Shown here piece by piece: positions 8,171 to 18,847 of a stretch of DNA of 59,918 nucleotides. Origin of the DNA: Mageeibacillus sp. UBA5436 (GTDB lineage: Bacteria; Bacillota; Clostridia; Saccharofermentanales; DTU023). Where the stretch lies: NCBI GenBank assembly GCA_002427545.1, contig DIRM01000040.1, positions 1 to 59,918 of the forward strand. Reading direction: 5' to 3'. Every line of letters starts with the position of its first letter. Positions within the stretch are counted from its first letter, which is position 1. The position numbers and the translations under genes were made by a program. Under the pieces are notes generated by a model, which worked only from the letters and a program-made list of their open reading frames with translations, was not told the origin of the DNA and did not search any database.

Positions 8171-8617
8171 TTAATTCTTTGGCAGAATTTCTTCAATAAT
8201 GGGTTCTTCCGTTTCTGTTAAAGTTTTTGTAATTTCACTATTAATAATAATTTTTGTATTCGGTAAATATGATATGGAATATTCCGATTTAGAATCAATG
8301 GGATCATTTTTAAAGCCAGTAATATATGTTTTACCATCAATAATATAACGATGGTTTTTTACAATTATCTCATTACCAGAGATAGTTCGTTTCTTAGTGT
8401 TATTTTGAATTAGATTAATTGAATCTAAAAGTCTAGGAAAAGTATCAAAAAGAATGATCATTACAAATAAAAAAACTATAAAGACTGGTAACAGGTAACC
8501 AATTCCTTTTCGATTCTGCCCTGTCCAATTGATTTGTAAGCGTTGCCTTAAAGCTATAAATAGTGTTATAACTAAAATCAAGCTTACTATTAAAGCTATA
8601 ATAAAATATACTATCAT
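8171..8617 (-). CDS. Membrane protein, unknown function (2 N-terminal TM helices)
   Basis: 148-aa ORF with hydrophobic segments at residues 1-22 and about 38-60, and a soluble C-terminal part. Confidence 0.45.
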   Translation of the reverse strand: MIVYFIIALIVSLILVITLFIALRQRLQINWTGQNRKGIGYLLPVFIVFLFVMIILFDTFPRLLDSINLIQNNTKKRTISGNEIIVKNHRYIIDGKTYITGFKNDPIDSKSEYSISYLPNTKIIINSEITKTLTETEEPIIEEILPKN

Positions 8618-8638
8618 ACAAAAGTCCTATCTCGAAAA

Positions 8639-10690
8639 TTATTCTATCATATTAAGAAAATCTTGTTCGCTTAAGATCTTAATGTTTAAAGATTCCGCTT
8701 TTGTCAATTTACTTCCAGCATTTTCACCAGCAACAAGATAATCTGTTTTAGAGGAAACGGCTGAAGTTACTTTACCACCATTTTTTTCAATGATTTCTTT
8801 AATTTGTTGTCTATTAAAATTAATTAAAGTGCCTGTAACAACAAAAGTCTTATTTTCTAAAACCAATGGTTTATCTGATTCGATTTTTTCTTCATGTAAA
8901 TTTAATCCTAATTTTTTAAAGTCTGCTATTATTTTTTGATTTTCTATTTGATCAAAGAATTCAATAATCGAATGTGCAGCATTTGGTCCAACATCAGGAA
9001 CTTGCTGTAATTCTTCTTCTGAAGCCTGCATGATTAAATCAATATCATTAAATTCAGCTACAAGATTTTTTGCTGTTTGAGGACCTATATGAGTAATACC
9101 CAAAGCAGCTATAAAGCGGTCAAAACTACGTTTTTTTGAATCTTCAATGGCAGCTAAAAGATTATCTACTCTTTTTTCTCTGCCAATTACACCATCTGTG
9201 ATTAATTCTTCGCGATACTCATGCAAATGATAAATATCCGTCAGATGCTTGAGATAATTTTTTTGCCATAATTTCTGTACTGATGATTCCCCTAAACCAA
9301 CAATATCCATTGCTTCTTTGGAAGCAAAATATTCAATTTTACGTGTCATTTGAGCAGGACAGTCAAGCCCTGTGCAATAGAGATTAGAACCATCATCAAT
9401 ATATTCTGTTTTAGCACCACATATCGGACAATATTCTGGTAGCTTAAACTTTGGAATATCTGCTTCGCGTTTAGAATAATCAACCGCAACTACGGCTGGG
9501 ATAATATCTCCACCTTTATGTATCGTAACGGTATCATTTAAACGAATATCTAAAGTGTCAACATAATCTTGATTATGTAAAGTTGCCCTAGAAACCGTAC
9601 TACCTGCAATAACAACAGGTTCCAAAATTGCCATAGGTGTAATTCTACCCGTTCGTCCAACTTGAGCAATCAAATCTATGACTTTTGTCTCTTGCTGTTC
9701 TGGTAAATATTTATAAGCTACAGCCCAACGAGGTACCTTTGAACTATTTCCTAAAGCTTCGCGCATGGCCAATGAATCTACTTTAATGACAGCACCATCA
9801 ATACCATAAGGTAGAGAGGCTCTCTTTGTGTTAATATCTTCAATGGCTGCTAAAATTTCTTCATTGCTTTGGCATAGATAATAGTCTGGACTTACAGGAA
9901 ATCCTAAATTTTTTAAGAACTCCAAGCTTTCATGATGTGTTTCGAAAGTTTTATCAGCATAAGCTTGTAAGTTAAAAATAAATAAACTTAAACCTCTTTC
10001 TCTTACAATTTCAGGATCAAGTTGTCTTAATGTACCAGCTGCAGAATTTCGTGGATTGGCAAAGATCTTTAAACCTTTAGCTTCTTGTTCTTTATTGATA
10101 TCTTCAAAACGTTGTTTATTCATATAAACTTCACCACGTATTAAGAGATCAGAAATTGAGGATGGCAAAACCCTTGGTACCGTATTTATTTGTTTAATAT
10201 TCTCGGTCACAATTTCGCCATTGTTAATTCCATCTCCACGTGTTAAAGCTTGATTTAATAGGCCATTTTTATACTCTAAACTAATTGATAAGCCATCAAT
10301 TTTTTGTTCAACTACAAAACGAACATCTGGAAAGCGTTGACGAACATTGTTAACATAATCGATGACTTCATTTTTAGAAAAAACGTCCGTTAAGCTCAGC
10401 ATAGGAATGCGATGAGGCGCCGTTTCAAAACGACTTGCTACAGTTCCTCCAACATGCATAGTTGGTGAATGTTCTTTTTTTAAATCTGGATATTTTTCTT
10501 CTAATACTTTTAAACGATTTAATAATAAGTCATATTCTGAATCATCAACCAAAGGTGCATCATGGTCATAATAAGCTGTATTTAATTTTTCTAATTCGGT
10601 AGCTAAGCGATTCATCTCCTCGGATATCGCTTTTAGATGCTCTGTCTTTTCTGCCAATTGCTCATCTGACTTATGCATAATAATTCTCAT
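8639..10690 (-). CDS. ligA: NAD-dependent DNA ligase LigA
   Basis: 683 aa. Adenylation motif KIDGLS, Zn-finger cysteines (CPICGA...CTGLDCPAQ), HhH region and a C-terminal BRCT (FVVTGTL...SAVSSKTDYLVAGENAGSKL). The exact start (10690 or 10677) is uncertain. Confidence 0.95.
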   Translation of the reverse strand: MRIIMHKSDEQLAEKTEHLKAISEEMNRLATELEKLNTAYYDHDAPLVDDSEYDLLLNRLKVLEEKYPDLKKEHSPTMHVGGTVASRFETAPHRIPMLSLTDVFSKNEVIDYVNNVRQRFPDVRFVVEQKIDGLSISLEYKNGLLNQALTRGDGINNGEIVTENIKQINTVPRVLPSSISDLLIRGEVYMNKQRFEDINKEQEAKGLKIFANPRNSAAGTLRQLDPEIVRERGLSLFIFNLQAYADKTFETHHESLEFLKNLGFPVSPDYYLCQSNEEILAAIEDINTKRASLPYGIDGAVIKVDSLAMREALGNSSKVPRWAVAYKYLPEQQETKVIDLIAQVGRTGRITPMAILEPVVIAGSTVSRATLHNQDYVDTLDIRLNDTVTIHKGGDIIPAVVAVDYSKREADIPKFKLPEYCPICGAKTEYIDDGSNLYCTGLDCPAQMTRKIEYFASKEAMDIVGLGESSVQKLWQKNYLKHLTDIYHLHEYREELITDGVIGREKRVDNLLAAIEDSKKRSFDRFIAALGITHIGPQTAKNLVAEFNDIDLIMQASEEELQQVPDVGPNAAHSIIEFFDQIENQKIIADFKKLGLNLHEEKIESDKPLVLENKTFVVTGTLINFNRQQIKEIIEKNGGKVTSAVSSKTDYLVAGENAGSKLTKAESLNIKILSEQDFLNMIE

Positions 10691-10866
10691 TTCTAGATTA
10701 ATATTTATATTTTACCAAATGTCTAGCTTAAAGTTAAACATGTTTCTAGGTTTCTTATCCAAATGACAAATTAGCATAAATAAAATCAGAAGAAAAAACA
10801 AGTAAATATATTAGTTTATAAATTATTTCTAAAAACTATTTACATGTTAAAATAAAACAAAGCAAA

Positions 10867-11613
10867 ATGAGAGTGAGTTACTTAATAGATATGGAACGTA
10901 TTGATAAAATTTTAGCACAATCAGGATATGGCAGTCGTAAAGAAATAAAGCAAATGATCAAAGCTGGGCGAATTCAAGTGGCGGATCAAGTTATTGATGA
11001 CTTGGGCTATAAGATTGATTTAATTGATTTGCCTTTATTAACCATTGATGGACAAAATGTAAAAATCTATGATTCTTTAATTTTTATGTTGAACAAACCC
11101 TCAGGCTACATTACTGCCTTAAATGATGATCATCATCGAACAATTGCTGAATTCATTCCTGAAAAATGGCAGAATAAAGGACTCTTTCCAATCGGCAGAT
11201 TAGATAAAGATACTGAAGGACTTTTACTCATTAGCAATGATGGCCAATTATCACATCGTATTTGTTCACCAAAATGGGAAATCAAAAAAACATATTGGTT
11301 AATCATTGAAGGTAAGCCTTTTCAACAAGATGATATAGAAAAATTTTCACAAGGCTTTAAAACTTTAGATGGTTCAATATTTTTACCATCCGAATTAAAA
11401 ATTATTGATGGTTATGAAGCCGAATTGACGGTTTATGAAGGCCAGTATCATCAAGTGAAACGCATGATGAAATCTACTGGACGAGAAGTAAAATTATTAA
11501 GACGCATTCAGATTGCTCATTTAGAATTAGATCCAAAATTAGAATCTGGAGAAATGCGTCTGTTAACTGATAATGAAAAAGCCGATTTGTATCATACTTG
11601 TCAATTAGACTGA
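10867..11613 (+). CDS. RsuA/RluB-family pseudouridine synthase with N-terminal S4 domain
   Basis: S4-like MERIDKILAQSGYGSRKE, catalytic GRLDKDTEGLLL, and YHQVKRM. An alternative start at the ATG at 10891 (MERID...) is plausible. Confidence 0.85.
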   Translation: MRVSYLIDMERIDKILAQSGYGSRKEIKQMIKAGRIQVADQVIDDLGYKIDLIDLPLLTIDGQNVKIYDSLIFMLNKPSGYITALNDDHHRTIAEFIPEKWQNKGLFPIGRLDKDTEGLLLISNDGQLSHRICSPKWEIKKTYWLIIEGKPFQQDDIEKFSQGFKTLDGSIFLPSELKIIDGYEAELTVYEGQYHQVKRMMKSTGREVKLLRRIQIAHLELDPKLESGEMRLLTDNEKADLYHTCQLD

Positions 11614-11638
11614 AGATATAATCAGGTGGATGCGTTTA

Positions 11639-13153
11639 TTATGCATCGGACCTGGCAAAGGCATTGCTCATATTATTTGAAGCTTCAAATAAGACTTTAT
11701 CTAATAAATTATCTGTTTCAATTTTTAACATTTTTGCTAATTTTTCATTTGCTTCTTCGCATAACTTTTTAGCTTCATTTACATTTTCGATTATCAATTG
11801 ATCATATTCTTTAATAATTTTTCTAGCTTCAACTACCGTTTTTATTTGATAGCGTTCAATATAGCTGCCACATAGATGAAAATTTGAATCGGCCAAAGCA
11901 GCAATGATTCTATTCGCCCAATAAAAATTATCCGTTGATATTTTTTCACTGGTATTCGCCAAATAATCTGGAGTTTTATCAATATTGGTATAAAAAGGAA
12001 TGAGCGTATTAAAAACATTGCATCCATATGTTACCCATTCGAGCGCCATACATTCAGCTGGCAAATCTGGTCGAATCTGCACAAGACCAAGCGTTGAGGT
12101 GCGATTGATACCAATGGATCGATAAGAATTTTTCAATTTCAGATCTGCTCGTTTGCTATAAGCATCATACGGGGTTTCTTGAAAATGATTGGAAAGTGCA
12201 TATTTCACTTCTTCTGAGGTAATTTTCTTATCAGGTTTGCGTGACCAAGGGATATCATTAGAGAGGGGTGTGTAATCTGCATTAGGTCCATCCCAGACAT
12301 TCGAATTTTGATTAAAGAATCTTTGTAAAACCCAAGCTCTTGGCGTATTGTACAGATGATCTGAATCCGTAGCTGTACCAAAAATTAATCTTGGATTAAT
12401 CAATTCATCAAAAGCCGGATTGAGATGATTTTCCGTCATAAATTCATGTAAATCTTTTGAACATATATGATTCTCTTTTTTGCCAAAGGCATCTTCTAAA
12501 TCAAAATTATCCACGCCTAATTGATTCGGCATAATGACATAATGATCGTCTGGTACTCTTTTGGCATACCAATGATGTCCTCCGATTGTTTCCAACCACC
12601 AAATCTCATTGACGTCTTGAAAAGCAATACCGCTCATTTCGTAGGTACCATATTCCTCTAACAATGAACCTAAATGCATAACTCCTTCTCTTGCCGATTT
12701 GATATAAGGCAAAACAAGAGTCACAAAGTCTTCTTCGCCAATACCACCAGCTTGTTCTGCTTGATAATCAGGCGAATCCTTTTCACCTATTGCCTTTTTA
12801 TATTCAACTAAAGGATCAGCCGCTAATAATCGTTCATTTGCCGTCAGAGTTTCGGTTGCCGTCATCGAAACGTTTGCTGTATTAACACCATAGGCACCCC
12901 ATATACCCTCATCGTTGATAGCATTCGGTGTATAGGTATATTGCATAGGATTATCCGGTAAATCTATTTCAACTTTTGATATAACGGATTTATATTGTCT
13001 TGGTTGTTCTGAAGCTTTCATTACTAAAAATTTTTTAGGGCAAAAACTTCCTGATCCCGTATCTTCATTACGAGCTACCATAGTGGAACCATCATAGGAG
13101 GCTTTTTTCCCGACTAAAATTGTTGTACATGCCATATTATTGACCTCTTTCAT
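11639..13153 (-). CDS. pepD: C69-family dipeptidase (PepD-like)
   Basis: 504 aa. N-terminal nucleophile context MACTTILVGKKASYDGSTMVARNED is typical of peptidase family C69. Confidence 0.85.
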   Translation of the reverse strand: MKEVNNMACTTILVGKKASYDGSTMVARNEDTGSGSFCPKKFLVMKASEQPRQYKSVISKVEIDLPDNPMQYTYTPNAINDEGIWGAYGVNTANVSMTATETLTANERLLAADPLVEYKKAIGEKDSPDYQAEQAGGIGEEDFVTLVLPYIKSAREGVMHLGSLLEEYGTYEMSGIAFQDVNEIWWLETIGGHHWYAKRVPDDHYVIMPNQLGVDNFDLEDAFGKKENHICSKDLHEFMTENHLNPAFDELINPRLIFGTATDSDHLYNTPRAWVLQRFFNQNSNVWDGPNADYTPLSNDIPWSRKPDKKITSEEVKYALSNHFQETPYDAYSKRADLKLKNSYRSIGINRTSTLGLVQIRPDLPAECMALEWVTYGCNVFNTLIPFYTNIDKTPDYLANTSEKISTDNFYWANRIIAALADSNFHLCGSYIERYQIKTVVEARKIIKEYDQLIIENVNEAKKLCEEANEKLAKMLKIETDNLLDKVLFEASNNMSNAFARSDA

Positions 13154-13196
13154 ATCTTATACTCGTATAATTGTAGCACTTCAGAAAAAGAGTTTT

Positions 13197-13240
13197 AAAA
13201 AAATTAACCCCCTAATCTTGGATTTTTTCAAGATTAGAGG
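13197..13240 (-). terminator. Probable rho-independent terminator after the SDR gene
   Basis: Minus strand: CCTCTAATCTTG-aaaaaatc-CAAGATTAGGGG followed by TTAATTTTTTT. Confidence 0.6.
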
Positions 13241-13279
13241 ATTGTAAGATGAGTTTATATCTTTAGTTAATATATTTTT

Positions 13280-14056
13280 TTATTTTTGTGTTAAACCAAA
13301 GTCAGAAACTAATACATGACCATTAATATTTCTTGCTTTATCTGAGATTAAAAATACAAGATTATCTGCAATCTCATCAGCTGATGCCATCATTTTTTTC
13401 ATCGATGCTCCAGTGCCTATTACACCCAAACCAGCTTGGCTCATTTCTGCCATTTGCGCTGATATTCCTTGTGTCATAGGAGTGTCAATACCACCTGGTG
13501 CAACTGCATTTACTCTGATACCTGTATCGGCATACATGCATGCTGTATTGCGTACCATCCCAATGACTGCATGCTTGGATACCGTATAAGCAACACCTGC
13601 TTTACCACCACGAATACCAGCGATTGATGTTGTTACAACAATGCTACCATTCTCGTTCATAACTGGTATGGCTGCTTGGAAAAGATAAAAGTTGCCTTTT
13701 ACATTAATATCCATTATCCAATCAAAATCATCTTCTGAAATTTCAGTAATTGGTGCAAATTTATCCATAACCGCTGCATTCGAAACTAATGCATCAAGAC
13801 CACCTTCATTGTTTTTAACCGTCTCAAACAATTTTTCAACTTGATCTTTTTTTGATACGTCACAAGACATTGTGATCAGCTTTCCTGGAAAGCCCTGTGC
13901 ATCCATATCACTTTGAAGAATATCCAATTTGGATTGACGGCGAGCTACACCATATACAGTAGCACCTTCACACATTAATTTTTGAACGCATTCTCTACCA
14001 ACACCTTCAGATGCGCCTGTAACGACAATAACTTTGTCTTTAAACTCCATATTCAT
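13280..14056 (-). CDS. Short-chain dehydrogenase/reductase (SDR) family oxidoreductase
   Basis: 258 aa. TGASEGVG cofactor motif, NAAV, and the catalytic YTVSKHAV (YxxxK). Confidence 0.85.
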   Translation of the reverse strand: MNMEFKDKVIVVTGASEGVGRECVQKLMCEGATVYGVARRQSKLDILQSDMDAQGFPGKLITMSCDVSKKDQVEKLFETVKNNEGGLDALVSNAAVMDKFAPITEISEDDFDWIMDINVKGNFYLFQAAIPVMNENGSIVVTTSIAGIRGGKAGVAYTVSKHAVIGMVRNTACMYADTGIRVNAVAPGGIDTPMTQGISAQMAEMSQAGLGVIGTGASMKKMMASADEIADNLVFLISDKARNINGHVLVSDFGLTQK

Positions 14057-14320
14057 TACTCCTTCTTTTTATATCATTAATGAGATTTTTTCTCTTTTTA
14101 ATAATTAAGAGAGGAAGAGAGTATCTCATTTTTCTGTTTTATATTAACATGACAGGTAAAAAGAAGAAAGACTTAAGTAAAGCAAAATAGAGAAAACAAA
14201 TATAAGGCTATTCTCATTAAATTTTTTGATTTTTGATTCAAGTAATTTTCAGGTTATTTCCCTGAATTAAAAATTTGCATTATAATCAGTCAATACGAAA
14301 AATTCTATGAGGAGATTAAA

Positions 14321-15007
14321 GTGGAAAAGCAAAAAGATTTATTTAAAAAAGCACTTGAATTAAGTTTACCTATTTTAGCAGGCTATCTATTTCTTGGTAT
14401 TTCTTTTGCTATTTTAGCTATATCAAATGGTTTTGTTTGGTGGCTACCCATTATTATGAGTGTCTTTATGTATGCTGGTTCTATGCAATATGCTGCTGTT
14501 CCATTGCTTATTGCACCTTTCAATCCAGGACAAGCTATGCTTTTAGCCCTTTTCATTAATGCTCGACATATTTTTTACGGTATTAGTTTATTAGAGCCCT
14601 ATTCAAAAATTAAATCTCATCGTAATTATATGATATTTGCTTTAACAGATGAAACATTCTCTTTAGTTTCTAGCCTTCATCTATCTAATCATGAATATCC
14701 TGAAAAAATATATTTTTATATTTCTTTGCTCGATCATCTTTATTGGATTTCAGGCACCATGATTGGTGTATTTATTGGGACAATTATTCCTTTTAATTCA
14801 CAAGGTATTGATTTTATCTTAACAGCTTTATTCTTTGTTATTTTCTTAAATCAATGGCTAGAACAAGAAGATCATACAAGCTCTTTAATCGGTTTAATTA
14901 GTTCTATTGCTTGTTTATTACTTTTTGGCGAACAATATTTTATTATTCCAACCATGTTTTTGATTATTATCATCTTTGCTTTTCTTTATCAGAAAGAAGA
15001 GGCCTAA
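14321..15007 (+). CDS. azlC: AzlC-family branched-chain amino acid transport protein
   Basis: 228-aa polytopic membrane protein, GTG start after gaggag. Immediately followed by a small AzlD-like partner. AzlC-like sequence pattern (GISFAILA..., FINARHIFYG). Confidence 0.7.
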   Translation: MEKQKDLFKKALELSLPILAGYLFLGISFAILAISNGFVWWLPIIMSVFMYAGSMQYAAVPLLIAPFNPGQAMLLALFINARHIFYGISLLEPYSKIKSHRNYMIFALTDETFSLVSSLHLSNHEYPEKIYFYISLLDHLYWISGTMIGVFIGTIIPFNSQGIDFILTALFFVIFLNQWLEQEDHTSSLIGLISSIACLLLFGEQYFIIPTMFLIIIIFAFLYQKEEA

Positions 15008-15010
15008 ACA

Positions 15011-15340
15011 ATGCAAACAAAAATTCAAATATTTATAACGATTGCTTTAATTGTCTTGATGACAATGTTAACCCGATTTTTACCTTTTTTGATCTTTTCA
15101 AACAAACGAAAAGTTCCTAAATTTGTCAATTTCTTGGGAAAATACTTACCAACAGCTTCCATTTCTTTACTCGTTGTTTATGCTCTTCGAAATGTTAGCT
15201 TCATAAATAAGCCTTATGGCCTGCCTGAATTAATTAGTCTTTTGGCTATTACCTTTATTCATGTTAAATGGCGTAATACTTTTTTAAGTATAGGAATTGG
15301 CACTGTTCTTTATATGATTCTAGTACAAATAGTTTTTTAA
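15011..15340 (+). CDS. azlD: AzlD-family branched-chain amino acid transport protein
   Basis: 109 aa with about 4 TM segments. Starts 4 nt after the azlC stop. Motif TRFLPFLIF is typical of AzlD. Confidence 0.7.
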   Translation: MQTKIQIFITIALIVLMTMLTRFLPFLIFSNKRKVPKFVNFLGKYLPTASISLLVVYALRNVSFINKPYGLPELISLLAITFIHVKWRNTFLSIGIGTVLYMILVQIVF

Positions 15341-15429
15341 TTATTTTTAGCCATTTAAAAGGAGCCGTCTCTTTTTATACCCTTTCAGATATATTGAAAC
15401 AGCTCCTTTTATACTTCTATAAAAGAATA

Positions 15430-16566
15430 TTATTCCTCACATGTCGTCACACCATAGCAACCTAATACCTCGAAATATTCGGTAGTTGCAGCTGCTTGTC
15501 GTAAAGCAGAAAGTACGCGCTTATCGTTAATATTTCCTTGTATTTCTGCAAAGAAACGATATTTATCTGCAGAAACTGGTCGAGACTCTATGCGCATTAA
15601 ATTAAGACCATCTGCCATGAACGGCATTAATGCTTCACATAATGCACCGCTACGATGCTGAGTCGAAAAAGTGACTGAAATGAGATTACTTTGCTCATCA
15701 TATTCAGGTTGGCGTGAAATCACGACAAATGAAGTTCTATTATCAGCGGAATCCATAATATTGGGTTCAATCACTTCTAAACCATATAGTTCAGCTGCAT
15801 GGCGGGAAGCAATAGCGGCCTTCTTTTTTTCGCCTGCTTGAACGACCTGTTTTACTGCTACTGCAGTATTTCGGCAAGCAGTTTGATCCCAAGCTTTTCC
15901 ATATAAATAACGGCTACATTGTTTTAATCCTTCGGGATGACTAAGCACCTCTCGAATATCAGTAATTTTTGTTTCTGGTAAACCAACTAAATTTTGTTGA
16001 ATAGATATCCACATGCGCCCAACAATATAACAACCATATTTGCGCAAAAGGTCATAAATTTCACCTATAGCACCTGTTTTAGAGTTTTCGATGGGGACAA
16101 CACCATAATCTACCTCACCGTTTTTTACAGCAGTAAATACATCAACAAAATGCTCCACTGGGCGACGCTCTGCTTCTGGATACAAGCATGATACCGCTTG
16201 TTCGCCCCATGCACCAGGTACGCCTTGATAAGCACAAGTTACTAATCCAGTTACCGGTTTAACAGCTGGCGGCAAAATAGGGGTAGCACCAGAAAATTGT
16301 TGACGCCGTTGATATTCTCTCGAGAGACCCATAATGGTACGCATCAGCAGGTCTGTTTCACTTTTAATATCATCTTCAACATAATTCAAGGCTTTTTCAA
16401 CAATTTGATTTTCACGAATTTCATCTTCGACTGCTAGATTATGTTCACATTTTACAGCTGCTACCCTTTTAGAAATATCCATCCGCTTTTGGAAAAGAGG
16501 AATCAATGCCTCATCTATATTATCTACTTCGGTTCTTAATTCAGCTAATTGTTCTTTCCATTCCAT
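15430..16566 (-). CDS. pheA: Bifunctional chorismate mutase / prephenate dehydratase (P-protein) with ACT domain
   Basis: 378 aa. N-terminal CM helix (LRTEVDNIDEALIPLFQKRMDIS), PDT core (YQGVPGAWGEQA...ENSKTGAIGE...TSFVV) and a C-terminal ACT (SGALCEALMPF...NLMRIESRP). Confidence 0.9.
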   Translation of the reverse strand: MEWKEQLAELRTEVDNIDEALIPLFQKRMDISKRVAAVKCEHNLAVEDEIRENQIVEKALNYVEDDIKSETDLLMRTIMGLSREYQRRQQFSGATPILPPAVKPVTGLVTCAYQGVPGAWGEQAVSCLYPEAERRPVEHFVDVFTAVKNGEVDYGVVPIENSKTGAIGEIYDLLRKYGCYIVGRMWISIQQNLVGLPETKITDIREVLSHPEGLKQCSRYLYGKAWDQTACRNTAVAVKQVVQAGEKKKAAIASRHAAELYGLEVIEPNIMDSADNRTSFVVISRQPEYDEQSNLISVTFSTQHRSGALCEALMPFMADGLNLMRIESRPVSADKYRFFAEIQGNINDKRVLSALRQAAATTEYFEVLGCYGVTTCEE

Positions 16567-17585
16567 TATTTTTCTCCATTTCCGCGCACTAACGCTTGTA
16601 TTTGATTTACTTTCCCCATAATCTGATGGAAAAGAGCTGGGGTAACAGATTGTTGTCCATCACTCAGCGCCTTTTGAGGTTGATTATGAACTTCTATCAT
16701 CAAACCATCGGCTCCGGAAGCCGCTGCTGCTAATGCCATTGGTTCTACCAGTTCCCAATGTCCAGTGCCATGTGAAGGGTCTACAATCACAGGCAGATGG
16801 CTTTTCTGCTTTAATACAGGTACAGCAGATAAATCTAATGTATTGCGGGTAGCTGTTTCAAAAGTACGAATGCCACGTTCACATAGTATGACTTCGCTTT
16901 TACCACCAATCAAAATATAATCAGCTGCTTGCAACATTTCTTCTAAGGTACAAGACGCACCACGTTTAAGTAATACAGGTTTACCCAATTTGCCCAAATC
17001 ACGCAATAGAGGGAAATTTTGCATATTTCTTGCCCCTACTTGAATCACATCGACATCTCGCTGAAAAACTTCCAACATATCCTGAGACATAATTTCGGTA
17101 ACGATTGGTAATCCAGTCTTCTCTCTTGCAATTTTCATAAATTCAAGGCCTTCTAAACCTAAACCTTGAAAGCTATATGGACTGCTACGAGGTTTGAAAA
17201 CTCCACCTCTTAAAAAAGTAGCTCCTGAAAGCTTTACTTCACGAGCGACCGTTAGAATCTGCTCTTCGCTTTCTACGCTACAAGGGCCAGCCATCACCGC
17301 AAAATCTTTACCACCAATTTTAGTACCATTTACGTCTATTATCGTATCTGTAGGATGAAATTTACGGCTAGAAAGTTTATAAGGTTCACTTACCTTAATA
17401 ATTCTTTCTATCAAATCATTCCGTCCTAGTGTTTCGGGATCCAGCATAGTGACATCCCCTACTAATCCCAACATACGGGTATGTTCACCTATGATGTCCT
17501 GTGTAATCAAACCACGTGCTTGCAATTCTTTTTCAAGTGCAGCGGTTTGTTCCGATGTAACCTCTGTTCGTAAAACCAATATCAT
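16566..17585 (-). CDS. aroF: 3-deoxy-7-phosphoheptulonate (DAHP) synthase, type I-beta with N-terminal regulatory domain
   Basis: 339 aa. KDO8P/DAHP synthase core ([34 protein letters not shown]) preceded by an ~80-aa ferredoxin-like extension, as in the Thermotoga-type enzymes. Confidence 0.85.
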   Translation of the reverse strand: MILVLRTEVTSEQTAALEKELQARGLITQDIIGEHTRMLGLVGDVTMLDPETLGRNDLIERIIKVSEPYKLSSRKFHPTDTIIDVNGTKIGGKDFAVMAGPCSVESEEQILTVAREVKLSGATFLRGGVFKPRSSPYSFQGLGLEGLEFMKIAREKTGLPIVTEIMSQDMLEVFQRDVDVIQVGARNMQNFPLLRDLGKLGKPVLLKRGASCTLEEMLQAADYILIGGKSEVILCERGIRTFETATRNTLDLSAVPVLKQKSHLPVIVDPSHGTGHWELVEPMALAAAASGADGLMIEVHNQPQKALSDGQQSVTPALFHQIMGKVNQIQALVRGNGEK

Positions 17586-18847
17586 ATTGCTATCTCCTTC
17601 TCAAAATCTTCCCAAAAATCAGGATAAGATTTATTAACATGCTGCCAACCGGTAAGGGTAACAGGATTTTTACAACGAATAGCTGCAACCGCCATAGCCA
17701 TAGCTATGCGATGATCTCCATGTGCATCTACCGCTCCCCCCTCAAGCCATGGTGTTCCAGTAATTTCAAGGCTGTCAAGCCCTTCGGTCACCTTTGCGCC
17801 CAACTTCGTCAATTCAGTACTCATTGCATGAAGACGATCACTCTCTTTCATACGCAAACGTCCGGCCCCTGTGATATGACTCGTTCCTTCGGCAATACTA
17901 CATAGCACTGCAAGTACTGGCACAAGATCTGGAATTTCAGACACATTTATATCTATAGCAGAAAGTTTTTTACTGCTTGCTGTCAGGATGCCATCCTGCC
18001 AAGTAATCTCAGCTCCCATTTTTTCAAGCAAAGAAATAATAGCAGCATCGCCTTGATGACTTTCAGTTTGCATGTCAGCACAGCTGACCGAACATCCCAA
18101 AGCGCCTGCCGCTAAAAAGAAAGCTGCTTGAGAGTAGTCACCTTCTACCTGATATTTTTTAGCTTTATAATGCTGTCCACCAGGAATAAAATAATTTTCT
18201 GAATTAGTATTGAGTATATTCACATCAAAATGTCGCATGACATCAAGAGTCAATTTTACATAGGCTGCAGACTCCAATGGAGTATCAAGAATAATCTGGC
18301 TATCCATATCTAATAATGGTAATGCTAGCAATAAACCAGAAACAAACTGAGAACTGACATTGCCAGCTAATCGGAATTCTCCTGCAGTCAAAGGCCCTTT
18401 TACACTCAATTTATGATCGTGTTTTTCATAAAATACATTTTTTTGGGTGAACAATCGTTCATAGATTTCTAATGGTCGCTTCATGAGACGGCCATGACCT
18501 ATAAAATCAAAAGATTTATCCTGCAATGCTGCAATAGGTAATAAAAATCTTAAAGTGGAGCCAGATTCGCCGCAATCCATTATTAACGTTGTTGCATTAG
18601 AAGGTTTTATATTTTTACGCACAAGCGTCTCATCGCCTTTGTTTGCAAATTGCGCACCTAGAGTTTCCATACAGCTCAATGTCGCACGGATATCCTCGCT
18701 GTCACCTAATTGATTCAAATGACTTTGACCATCGCCGCCAATAGCGGCTAATCCAGCGCAGATGACCGCACGATGGCTCAAACTTTTTGAGGCCGGAATA
18801 CGCACTATACCAGAAGGAAAATGATTGATGGTTTTTGGGTTATTCAT
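17582..18847 (-). CDS. aroA: 3-phosphoshikimate 1-carboxyvinyltransferase (EPSP synthase)
   Basis: 421 aa. Motifs PASKSLSHRA, GESGSTLRFLLP, RMKESDRL and DHRIAMA. 4-nt overlap with aroF. Confidence 0.95.
   Translation of the reverse strand: MNNPKTINHFPSGIVRIPASKSLSHRAVICAGLAAIGGDGQSHLNQLGDSEDIRATLSCMETLGAQFANKGDETLVRKNIKPSNATTLIMDCGESGSTLRFLLPIAALQDKSFDFIGHGRLMKRPLEIYERLFTQKNVFYEKHDHKLSVKGPLTAGEFRLAGNVSSQFVSGLLLALPLLDMDSQIILDTPLESAAYVKLTLDVMRHFDVNILNTNSENYFIPGGQHYKAKKYQVEGDYSQAAFFLAAGALGCSVSCADMQTESHQGDAAIISLLEKMGAEITWQDGILTASSKKLSAIDINVSEIPDLVPVLAVLCSIAEGTSHITGAGRLRMKESDRLHAMSTELTKLGAKVTEGLDSLEITGTPWLEGGAVDAHGDHRIAMAMAVAAIRCKNPVTLTGWQHVNKSYPDFWEDFEKEIAI

Noticed and set aside
14057-14320. 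Structured regulatory RNA in the 264-bp divergent SDR/azlC intergenic region
   Set aside because: Several short imperfect inverted repeats are visible (for example ATGAGAT ... ATCTCAT around 14080-14135). None matches a riboswitch signature I recognise, and there is no clear terminator/antiterminator pair.
15357-15410. Possible bidirectional terminator between azlD and pheA (AAAAGGAGC ... GCTCCTTTT)
   Set aside because: The 9-bp arms are separated by a ~35-nt loop, which is atypical for an intrinsic terminator. It might still function with internal structure, but I cannot support it without folding.
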